Both the position numbers and the translations under genes were made by a program. DNA of 63,748 nucleotides from the NCBI RefSeq assembly GCF_001194135.2, contig NC_068991.1, forward strand, positions 56,193,354-56,257,101, given 5' to 3'. This DNA comes from Octopus bimaculoides. Taxonomy: Eukaryota. The notes under the pieces were generated by a model. That model saw nothing but the letters and a program-made list of their open reading frames with translations, did no database searches and was not told the DNA's origin. Numbering within the stretch: the stretch's first letter is position 1; every line of letters begins with the position of its first letter. This document shows positions 12,570-22,807 of this stretch, one piece after another.

Positions 12570-12680
12570 CTGTGAAGAAATTTTAGGAAATATTGAATGA
12601 AAACCAAACTAACAAATACAATTTCAACATCATATTTTAGATAGAATTATTTAGAGATAGGTAGCAAACTCATTTTCAAA

Positions 12681-13147
12681 AATTTAATACTACTGGTTTC
12701 AACTATGGTAATGGCCTACCAGTCTCTACCAAAATCCTGTACTTTGCTCAACTTTATTATTTACAATTAACTGGACCAAGCTCAAAATTTTAGTAGTGTT
12801 TATTCTAGTGTCCGCAAGACCATTGTAGGCCCTCTTAGACAGGTGGGATAAATGGGGTTGATGTCTAACCAGAGCAAAGAGTGAACCAGGAGTCAGGGCT
12901 AATTTACTTGCAACAAAATGAACATTACTAAAGGAACCCAAGAACTAGGTGGTGGTATTAAGCCAGGAGTCGTGTTACATTGACCACAATTTGAAAAGTG
13001 ATTAAGTGACCACATCCACTTGAAAAGGGAAAGAAATTTGAATGGAAACACATGTTAGAACAAGGCTAAAGTTGAGCAGCGTAAAGGATTGTTGATGGAG
13101 AATGTGGTAGGTTATTACCATAAAGTTGGAGCCAGTAGTATTAAATT
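12681..13147. mobile_element. Unclassified DNA-transposon-like element with about 60-bp imperfect terminal inverted repeats
   Basis: aatttaatactactggtttcaactatggtaatggcctacc... vs reverse complement of ...ggtaggttattaccataaagttggagccagtagtattaaatt. Confidence 0.6.
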
Positions 13148-13698
13148 CAGGATCAAGAAGATTGAAACTAAATACTGTAAAATATTTAGTTCAGTACTCT
13201 AATGATGTTAAATTATACTATTTGTTAATCTAAGATAAATTATGAAAGAATCTCCAGAGTGTTTCATAACAACAAACCAGGCTTCTCTGGAGAATTACTG
13301 AAGCAAAATCTTCTCCAATTTCTTTTCAAGTTGCAAAGACTATCCAAGGAGTTTAAGTAAACTGACATGTAGATAATCTAATAAGACAGATTTATATTGA
13401 GAGAGAGAGATAGAAGAAATGAAAAATATTATAAAACATGGAAAATTCATTAAAATTTTTAATTAGGAGCGAGGAGGTTTCAAATAGAGAGAGGGGGAGG
13501 AAGAGAGAGAGAGAGAGATGAAAGAAAGAATTGATGAAAAGAGTAAAAGAAAATAAAAATAAGGAGCAGAAGAAAAAAATGAGAAGAGAGAGGAAGTGGA
13601 GAATGAGGGGGAAAAAATGACAAAATAGAGGAGAATTAGAAGAAATAAAAAAGGCTGAATTATAATTAAGAAAAAGCATAATGAAGAATGGTACAAAC

Positions 13699-14018
13699 CT
13701 AAAACTTTTAGAGTAGCATTAACAGCTGCTGTTCCTGCTTCATTAGTGGCAGTACAACTATATGTCCCTTCATCTGAGCTCTTGACTTTGACTATGAAGA
13801 AAACATCATCAGATGGCATGACAAGCATANNNNNNNNNNNNNNNNNNNNNNNNNNNNNNNNNNNNNNNNNNNNNNNNNNNNNNNNNNNNNNNNNNNNNNN
13901 NNNNNNNNNNNNNNNNNNNNNNNNNNNNNNNNNNNNNNNNNNGCAGCGCACTCTAGTCGTGCTATACTGCCAGACTTGACCGTCACATCTTCAGGTTTTT
14001 TCGTGAATGAAGGGTAAA
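13699..14018 (-). CDS. LRIG: LRIG Ig2 exon interrupted by an assembly gap (N 13830-13942): (V)[24 protein letters not shown]...[43 protein letters not shown]
   Basis: Acceptor ctttttttgcag|TT, donor G|gtttgt; both halves match LRIG Ig2. The frame offset across the gap is explained by an inexact gap length. Confidence 0.9.
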
Positions 14019-14147
14019 CTGCAAAAAAAGACAATAATGTAAAACATAGAAAGGAAGAGCATAAAATTACAAGTTGGGCTTTTCTTTTCTATTTTTTTCT
14101 GACAAATGACTTCAGTTTCATTTTTAACATTAACTCTATAAAAGACA

Positions 14148-14330
14148 GCAAGCTGGCAAAATTGTTAGCAGGTTGTGCAAAATGCTTAGTGGAATTTCAC
14201 CTGTCTTTGTATTCTGAGTTCAAATTCCGCTGAGGTTGACTTTGCCTTTCATCCTTTCAGAGTTGATAACATAAGTTGAGCACAGGTTCAAGTAATTGAC
14301 TTACTCCCTCCCGCGAAATTGCAGAAATCA
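14148..14330 (+). mobile_element. SINE family B copy
   Basis: agctggcaaaattgttagc...gagttcaaattccgctgaggttgactttgcctttcatcctttcagagttgataa; A- and B-box-like motifs. Confidence 0.75.
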
Positions 14331-14732
14331 ATATTAACTCTATAAGTCAATGAGAGTATTTTCCATCCACCTTCAGGTGTCACTATATCATTATTCCTTC
14401 TTTATTCTAAAAGCTTTTCTATACCAACATATGTGTCACTGAGGAAGCCATGTATTCACCTTTTCAGTAAGACTCCCATTCCTGTCCCTCTCTCATACAT
14501 TCATATCATTCAATACTATACCCTACACAGCTGAGGGATCTCATCTTGCAGGTATTTGGCTTCTTCACTAAACAGTGGTTGGCATTAAGAAGGTCATCAA
14601 GCTGTAGAAACCATGCCAAAAATAGACGCTGAAGCTTGGTGTTGCTCTCCCGCTCATCAGCAGCTGTCAATCTGTCCAGACCATGACAGCATGGAAAAAG
14701 AGACATCGAATGGTGATTATTACATATATATA

Positions 14733-14932
14733 GGTGCAGGCATGGCTGTGTGGTAAGAAACTTGCTTCCTAACCACATGGTTCTGGGTTTAGGCCCATTG
14801 CATGGCACTTTGGGCAAGTGTCTACTATAGCCTTGGGCTGACCAAAGCCCTGTGAATGGATTTGGCAGATGGAAACTGAAAGAAGCCTGCTGGATATGTG
14901 TGTATATGTATGTGTGAATGTGCATGTGTGTG

Positions 14933-14975
<43 letters not shown>

Positions 14976-15196
14976 TGTGTGTGTGTCTTTGTTTGTCCCA
15001 CCAACACCATTGCTTGACAACTGATGTTGGTGTGTTTATGTTCCCGTAACTTAGCGGTTCACCAAAAGAGATCAATAGAATGAGTATCAGACTTAAGAAA
15101 ATAGAAAAGTCATGGGGTTGATTTGTTTGACTAAAAGGCAGTACTCCAGCATGGCTGCAGTCAAATTACTGAAACATGTAAAAGAATAACAGAATA
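14733..15196 (+). mobile_element. SINE family A copy
   Basis: Complete head-to-tail similarity with an expanded internal (TA)n. Confidence 0.8.
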
Positions 15197-15228
15197 CACA
15201 CACACACACACACATATGTGTGTGTGTA

Positions 15229-15267
<39 letters not shown>

Positions 15268-15345
15268 ATATATACTTGGGCAACACAGAGTGAATGTATG
15301 GCTGGTATGTATAAAATGAAAAGTAAAAATGAGACAGAAACTTAC

Positions 15346-15520
15346 CATGTACAGAGATATTAGCTTTTGTAGAATAGGCAGATCCAAAATGGTTTGATAT
15401 AATGCACTGGTATTTACCAGCTGTCTCATCTTGAACATTTTCTAAATGAAGCAGTGTGGTAAGATGTACAAGTTTTCCTTCCATAGATGTAAAGTTAAAC
15501 ATCTTTGGGTCCGTGAGAAT
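15346..15520 (-). CDS. LRIG: LRIG Ig1 C-half exon, 175 bp, phase 0-1: ILTDPKMFNFTSMEGKLVHLTTLLHLENVQDETAGKYQCIISNHFGSAYSTKANISVH
   Basis: Acceptor ttctcttcctttag|ATT, donor G|gtaagt; GKYQCIISNHFGS motif. Confidence 0.95.
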
Positions 15521-15704
15521 CTAAAGGAAGAGAACAACAGGTCAGCATTAACTACAAACATTTAAGTTGATTTCTGGTTGGGATTTTTACGGACCAGCTT
15601 CAGTAATACACAACAAAGTCACTAAATTAATAAAAATACAATACATTGTGACACAGTTAACATAGCCTACTGAAGTTCAGTAATTAGCAAGATGAATATA
15701 ATAT

Positions 15705-15950
15705 TAGATGTATGGTAAGAATCTTGCTTCCCAACCACATGGTTTCAGGTTCAGTTCCACTGCATGGTACCTTGGGTGTCTTCTGCTATAGCCTTGACTG
15801 ACCAAAGCCTTGTGAGTAGATTTGGTAGACAGAAACTGAAAGAAGCCTGTCATATATATATATATATATATATATATGTGTATGTATGTATGTATCAAAG
15901 CAGTACCCCAGCATGGTTGCAATCTAATGATTGAAACAAGCAAAAGGTAT
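15705..15950 (+). mobile_element. SINE family A copy, internally deleted
   Basis: Head and CORE-like block, microsatellite, then directly the ccagcatggttgcaatc tail. Confidence 0.75.
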
Positions 15951-16031
15951 GTTTTCTTTAATAAATGTGTGTGTGTGTGTGTGTGGTGGGGGAATGATAT
16001 TTTACTTTATATGTTCTTATATGTTCACAAT

Positions 16032-16105
16032 AGGAGTGGCTGTGTGGTTAAGACGTTTCCTTCCCAACCACTTGGTTCTGGGTTCAGTCATGCTGTATGT
16101 ACACA

Positions 16106-16142
<37 letters not shown>

Positions 16143-16330
16143 ATTGGTGAGTCCTTGTCATGACATTAATCAATTGTTGCAAGCAAGTAACACCATCACA
16201 CATGCAGCTGTGAGGAAAAGTTACCCTTCTTGGAAACTGAAGACAGGAAGAGCATCCAACTGTAGAAAATCTACCTCAAAAAATCCTGTCCAACTCAAGT
16301 GGATATCAAAATGATGATGATGATGATGGT
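16032..16330 (+). mobile_element. SINE family G (family A head joined to a different 3' body ending in (GAT)n); other copies about 53708-54065 (+), 43570-43935 (-), 36540-36900 (-), 39200-39665 (-), 4655-4830 (-, tail)
   Basis: Same head as family A; 3' part aggaagagcatccaactgtagaaaatctacctc...gatgatgat. Confidence 0.7.
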
Positions 16331-16340
16331 GGTACTAGTG

Positions 16341-16724
16341 TGTATTGGCACTCCGTCGCTTATGACGTTGAAGGTTCCAGTTGATCCGATCAACGGAACA
16401 GCCTGCTTCTGAAATTAACATGCAAGTGGCTGAGCACTCCACAGACACGTGTACCCTTAATGTAGTTCTTGGGGATATTCAGTGTGACACAGTGTGACAA
16501 GGCTGACCCTTTGAATTACAGGTACAACAGAAACAGGAAGTAAGAGTGAGAGAAAGTTGTGGTGAAAGAGTACAGCAGGGTTCGCCACCATCCCCTGCCG
16601 GAGCCTCGTGGGGCTTTAGGTGTTTTCGTTCAATAAACACTCACAATGCCCGGTCTAGGAATCGAAACTACGATCCTATGACCGTGAGTCCGCTGCCCTA
16701 ACCACTGGGCCATTGCGCCTCCAC
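16341..16724 (-). mobile_element. SINE family D variant with a different middle segment, young (CpG-rich)
   Basis: Minus strand head gtggaggcgcaatggcccagtggttagggcagcggactc...gtttcgattcc; same 3' body as the 7004 copy. Confidence 0.8.
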
Positions 16725-16841
16725 GATGGCACCAGTACAGTTGTTGAAAAGGTAAGTTTCCTTCAGAGAAGCACAGAATTATGCAAGAAATCTTTTATTA
16801 AAAAACAAAATGAAAAAATAAGATACTGGTTGTAATCTTAC

Positions 16842-16978
16842 CATGCTGTCTTTCTTCCACTGGAACTTGGTGTCATAAAAACCACTGCTGACAGCACTGC
16901 AATTCAACGTCAGATTTTCTCCCTTCAGTGCTTTCTGTGACATAGGTTGACTAGTTATGACAGGTTTAGGAAAATCAG
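16842..16978 (-). CDS. LRIG: LRIG Ig1 N-half exon, 137 bp, phase 1-0: (T)DFPKPVITSQPMSQKALKGENLTLNCSAVSSGFYDTKFQWKKDSM; absent from the ORF track
   Basis: Acceptor atattttgcag|CT, donor ATG|gtaaga; DFPKP and C...WKKD Ig motifs. Confidence 0.94.
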
Positions 16979-18711
16979 CTGCAAAATATGGAAACCCAAT
17001 CGTTATATGGCAGTGTTGTTGATGAAGTGTAATGAAACATAATTTGATACTCTGCTATGAAATAGATTTTATTAGCAAGTGTAAAACAATATACATTGTG
17101 TGTGTGTGTTTCTTTTATTTATTTTGTTCTGCTACCTTTTAAACAAACATAATAGCAACAATTAGTAAGAGAATGATAAATATTTATAATCTTGGCAAAC
17201 ATTTTAGGGAAGAAATTATAATGATCGAGCTGACCAAAATATATTACTGCTATGTAGGTAAGTCTGCTTAGCATGGAACTATACAACAAGAGCTGGTACT
17301 TATTTTACCAACCTTGAAGGGATGAGAAGGAATTCACCTTATGCAGGATTTGAACTCTCAATGTAAAATGATATAACTAAATATCACAAGGTACTCTAGT
17401 GTTTCAGCTAGTCATATGAGACAGAGGGACAGTGAGGTTTCAGTTGCTGGTCTAAAGTAAAGTAAGAAGTTAAAACCCTGCAGCCAAGGCAGATAACTCA
17501 CTAAAATATCTGACATTACCAATAATCACAAAATCCACAATACGACACAAATGTCGCAGCTGCACACACACACACTCTCTCTCTCTCTCTCCCTCTCTCC
17601 ACTCTTACATACATTCTTACTTTCATACAACAATATAAATATAGAACCAATAAATTAAGAGACAAACAAACAAACCTGGAGTAGAGAGTGCATATCACTG
17701 AAGTTACAACAGAAGGACTTTGACAAACCTAACTGACTGATTCATTAATTGAACAATTAATCAAATGATTGACTAGTTAACAGGTTATGTTTGCAGAATG
17801 GCCTTCCCAAGATACAACAAAATACAAATAACTAATTTTTCTGGAACCATCTTGCCTGTGTGATCATGGAAACTAGTGTAGCGAGCAGCAAGCAAGTCAT
17901 AAAAGGCGGTAATATGACGTAATGGTCATGTTGCCCGAACAAGTATAATTGTTGGTTTCCCATTGATTAAAATTATTGCCCATAATTTAAATTCTAACCT
18001 TTCATCAAAGACAATTCTTTCACGAAATACAGTTCTTAGAATTTAGGTATGAGCAGTTATAAAAACCCTGATTTGGGGGAAATTAATCAGTGTTCGTTGG
18101 TTGTCACTAAACTCCACGACACTCACACCAGTGATGTTTGGTTATCACTAGACTTCACAACTTATACTAGTGTTCTTATAGTGTTCTTATACTAGTGTTC
18201 GTTGGTCATAACTCTCTACAACAAATTGACTTACTTATAAATGTACTGTAAACATTAAATGTACATAAATAAACCAATGTAGTAAATATTTTCGTTTTCT
18301 TCACTTCTTTCCAACCTGTTAATGAAATTTATTTCTACAATTATGAAACTGTTTTTTATAGCGGTGAAAAAGAACATGAACTTATCTTCAACATACATGC
18401 ACATTCAACATGCCCATTAAGCATCTTGATATATATGTATATTTCACTAAGGCATTTATGTAGCTTGAGTTGAAATTTATGTATAGTGATAATACTTATG
18501 ATTGAGTTATATGTGACGGGTTTATCAATATAGATTCTTACTCAAGAAATAAAATATAGTTATTATCCATCCCAGTAGAAACCATATAAATAAGATAATA
18601 CACCACATTATAAAAGTGGTACCCAATCAGCCGTTATATTAGAAAATAATAATAATAATAAATGAAAAAAATAGAAAATACATCTATGTATTCATGAAAT
18701 AGTCTACTCAC

Positions 18712-18875
18712 TGCAGTCAAATTCTTCTGGTTTCACAGCAAAGATACTTTTGCCTTTTGATGAACGAGGATGGGCACATATTGCAGTGACTGAGTCTTCA
18801 AATTTATTCTCATATAACCACTTTGGTAACCAGGCCAAATGACAATCACAAAGTAGATTGCTAGTGTTGAATTGT
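18712..18875 (-). CDS. LRIG: LRIG LRRCT exon, 164 bp, phase 2-1: QFNTSNLLCDCHLAWLPKWLYENKFEDSVTAICAHPRSSKGKSIFAVKPEEFDC
   Basis: Acceptor acttttgcag|A, donor A|gtgagt; four-Cys LRRCT pattern. Confidence 0.95.
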
Positions 18876-19084
18876 CTGCAAAAGTATAGAATTTTCATTA
18901 GCAAAGCAATAGTACTAAATCTGGAATCTGGAATCAGTTAAGAATTGGCAATGGGAAGAGTATCCAATCAGAGAAAATCTGCCTTGATGTAAACTTTGTT
19001 GGATCCATGATTGAATGGATAAGTGAATAATAAAACAATGATGATAAAAACCCTATCAGAACACAAAACCTCCTCACATGTTGT

Positions 19085-19335
19085 TCATTATTATTATACC
19101 ATACCTAGCTGAGGGACAACCTCTACATGGCCACTCAAACTATTAGAGACAACAGCTAAATCTCTTCTAAATTACAACTGACCATTATTAGAAAGAGAAG
19201 GAGACCTGTGTATCTGACATAATCTACACCTGGACACATTATAGTCAAAATGAAGATGGGATGATTAAAGTTTGAATGTCTTCAGTCATAAGTCTGCTCA
19301 ATAAGAACTGACATGGAGCTACACAACAACAATAA
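19085..19335 (+). repeat. Unclassified interspersed repeat (family I) with (CAA)n tail; fragments at about 3590-3660, 27995-28190, 37890-38300, 57060-57350 (+) and 9600-9665, 11400-11500, 27600-27700 (-)
   Basis: Recurrent ctcta(t/c)...ggtcactcaac...ctagaaa(t/c)agcagc(c/t)aaatc motif and downstream similarity; old, diverged copies. Confidence 0.55.
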
Positions 19336-20929
19336 TAATGGTTTGTTTTGTTTTTCATCGATTGAACCTCACAAAACAGACTGTATGTGCAGCTATAATT
19401 TTATAACCGATCCAATAAAGTAATTACATTTTCCTCTACCTTTATGGTTGTGTGGCTGAGAAACACATTTTGCAACCACATCATTATGATAGATAGATAT
19501 GTAGATAGTTAGATAGGTAGGTAGATAGATAGATAGATCGATAGGTATGTGTGTGTGTGTGTGTATATAAATGTCTATGTGTGCATGTTTGTGACCCCCA
19601 CCATCACCATCACATGACAACCAGTGGTTGGGCGAAAGGGACTGATAGAACAAGTAGTACCAATAAGTACCAAACTTAAAAATAACTTAAGTACTGGGGT
19701 CAATTTGTATGACTAAAATCCTTCAAGGCAATACTCCAGCATGGCTGCAGTCCAGTGACTAAAACAAGTAAAGGACAATAGGTAAACTCCTTCATATTAT
19801 GAAGAAGGCAAGGGCTAAAAATAAATACAAAATCTAGGGACCAGCAGACTTTATAAATGACAAGATGGTCTTAAGTAGAATACCATAACCAGACAGATAC
19901 GAAGTTTGACCCAGGCCAACAAAGTCAGGTATTATATTATGTTCAGCTATTTTCTCGGATTACAAGAGAAAAAGAGTACAGCATTGAAGTATCAGATATC
20001 TACATGTCATAGATATCTGTTTACTGGATATGGCTGTCCCATAAGTTTAATTCAAATACAGCTAGCTCTAGCTTAACTAAGTCTACTCAACAACAGCTAT
20101 TTTGTTGGATTTTTTTTGTTCTTTTTGTGTGTGTGTAAAGATTCAACTGACAATTTAGAAGAGTGCTAATTTTATATTGCATAAAAATAAATTCTTTAGA
20201 AATTGGGGGTAACATTGAATCATGTCTTTAATATTCAATGAACGAAAGAAAGAAAAGGTCGAAGCATCAAGCAAATTTATTTCTGGTATTAAGACTTTAT
20301 TCTGCACTGAAGAACTGGTGAGAAACTTTAAAATGAAGGCCTTAAATAGAGTGGGTAAGTATTGCTAGAATGCATGCAAAGCACACACACACACACACAC
20401 ACACATACACATACACACACAACTATACATATATATATATACACATGTGGACACATACAGTAAGAAAGATCTAATGATTACAGCTGTATCTATATACTTA
20501 GGGAAAGCTAGATTCAACAGCTGGTGCGATGAGAAAATACAAACAGTGGTATTTCAAACATATGGAAACAGAGAAGAGGAAAGAGAAACAAATTAAGACA
20601 GCCAGTGTAGTATACAAATTAATTAGGAGGAAGAGGAAAGAAAGTGGGGGGAGGCAAGGAAAAGGATGGGTAGTGATGAAGAAGTAAATAAAGCCTTTTT
20701 AGCAACAGCAATTGGCGCTGTCAACACTAGTTTCTGTGTGATCTTTGGTGTTAAAGTAGAACCAAGTCTGGCTGATACTAAGAGGAATGACATTTGAGAG
20801 AGATAGAGGAGAGGGGGAAGTCACATGACTAAGACAAGTATAGAAGTAACTAACCTATTCTGGACAGGGCAACTCAAGTTGTGGTCTAAAATGTCTAACG
20901 AGTTTACCCATGTTTAATCGTTGGAGCTG

Positions 20930-21180
20930 GAGGCTTGTGGTCAAATAGTTAGTGTGTTGCACTCGCTAATGTAAGCTTATGGTTTCGATTCTCAGACCTG
21001 GTAGCATGTTGTGATCTTGAGCAAAACAATTCATTTCATATCGCTCTCCAACAGTAGCAGGGAAGTTAACCCTGCAATGGACTGGCATCTCATCCAGGAG
21101 CAAGTGTTGTAATCTCAGTCACTTATATGCCATGGAAATTGGGTTAAGCACCAGCCTTATGTGTTCTAGGGCTCATCGTT
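20930..21180 (+). mobile_element. tRNA/CORE-like SINE with aaccctgcaatggactggcatctcatccagg block; related heads at about 31400-31510 (-), 40920-41068 (-), 60532-60770 (+)
   Basis: tRNA-like head, ttgtgatcttgagcaaaac block, then a different 3' domain from family D. Confidence 0.6.
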
Positions 21181-21504
21181 TAACATCCCCTTTTCATGCT
21201 GGCTTGGGTTGGATGGTTTGACAAGAGCTGGCAGGCTGGAGAACTGTACCAGGCTCCAATTGTCTGTTGCAGCATAGTCTCTTATAGGAAGGAATGGATG
21301 CTCTTTCTAACACCAACCACTTTACAGAGTGGCACCAGGACCAGTGCTTTATCCATGGAACAAGCACCAATGCTTTATATGTGATACCATTATGGGTGCT
21401 TTTTATGTGACACTAACACAGGAAATGTGCTTATGAAAAAAAAAAAATGGATGGTGGTAGTATGAGGTAAATCTTATCTGATGAATAAAAAAAAACGAAA
21501 AAAA

Positions 21505-21810
21505 AACAGTTAAGAAAAGCAGGGAGTCTCTCTAGGTTGAATTGCTACTGCTCAACATTAAAAGGTCACAGCACCCGTACTATGGACATGTGATTAGAAT
21601 GCCACGTGAAAAGATCACAAGAAGGATTCTTCAGGCCAAACTAACTGATAGAATTATGAATAGACCAAGAATACGATGGTTGGATAACATTCATAATGTC
21701 TGTAGTCATGCTTGGGAATCCAGCCAGAAAGTGTAATGACAGTTGCTTCTGATAGGGGCCCTATGGAGAATGTACCTGAGGACTCTACCCACATGACCTT
21801 CCTAGGAATA
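21505..21810 (+). mobile_element. RTE-clade LINE 3' fragment
   Basis: YYGHVIRMPREKITRRILQAK...RPRIRWLDNI resembles the RTE ORF C-terminus (GHVxRM...GRPRxRWxD). Confidence 0.65.
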
Positions 21811-21893
21811 GTGGGTAGAAAAGGGGGATGGAATAAATCCTCAAGACAAAATAAAAAGCAGGTGTAAAAAAAAAAAAAGAGACTGTTACTTAC

Positions 21894-22118
21894 AATTCTT
21901 TCAAAAGATGTAGTGGCTCGAAAGCATTTTCCAGTATAGAAGCAATATGGTTCTCCAGCAAGAAGAGATGTTCAAGGTTTTGCAATCCTATGAATGAGCG
22001 TTTTGCAAGGGACTTGATTTTATTGCCATTGAGGTCAAGTTCAGTTAGCCTATGGAGACCAGCAAAGGCCCCATCAATATCTTCAACAGCTGAGGAAATT
22101 TCATTGTGGTTTAGTTGG
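21894..22118 (-). CDS. LRIG: LRIG LRR exon, 225 bp: QLNHNEISSAVEDIDGAFAGLHRLTELDLNGNKIKSLAKRSFIGLQNLEHLFLLENHIASILENAFEPLHLLKE(L); absent from the ORF track
   Basis: Acceptor ttttttcatag|C, donor TT|gtaagt; includes the 27-aa NEISxxxEDxxGAF repeat characteristic of LRIG. Confidence 0.95.
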
Positions 22119-22733
22119 CTATGAAAAAAAATGAAGAAAANNNNNNNNNNAAAAAAAAAAAAAAAAAAAAAAACAATGATGAAGCATAAAAATTACCACA
22201 CATTTGTGAAACACTAAGTGACTAATGCAATTTGAAGGGTTAAATAAGAGTAAATCTTGCTGCTATTTATGTAAATAGCAAAAAAAGTAAAAGGCCATGT
22301 TAACGTGTTGTTGCTTGCATTTAACTTTGTGGGTAGAGCTTTGACATTTTTGGTAAGACTGGCAGAGGAATTAGAGACACCTCACCCCTGCACCTTACTC
22401 AATAACAAAACAGAGTTTATTTAGCGAAGATTAGCAAATATATGCTGGTGTATAATGAGCCAAAATGTAGACAGGGGTTAAGTTGTGAACAAAATGTCAA
22501 AAAAAAAAAAAAGAAAAACAAAAGAAAAGAAAAAAAATGTAAACCTGCAAGTCCAAAAAGTCAAAATTAACATCAACTTAAAACAAAACATTGTGGAAAA
22601 GGTAGTGAAAAAACAACGCAAAATTGCTCCTAAAATATTTTGAATTTACATTTAATTTATATTAAATTGTGAAATTAAAGTTACAATCAAAAGTGTTACA
22701 TTCCTCTGTTTTCTCGTGTGTGTTTGTGCATGA

Positions 22734-22807
<74 letters not shown>

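Noticed and set aside
18095-18225. Short degenerate tandem units (cagtgttcgttgg...cact) as a CRISPR-like array or LTR part
   Set aside because: Eukaryotic intron, only 3-4 degenerate units without unique spacers; LTR boundaries not identifiable.
22085-22105. NEISSAVED instead of the NEISWTIED seen in some vertebrate LRIGs
   Set aside because: As I recall, this position already varies among vertebrate paralogs, so it is not a meaningful anomaly.
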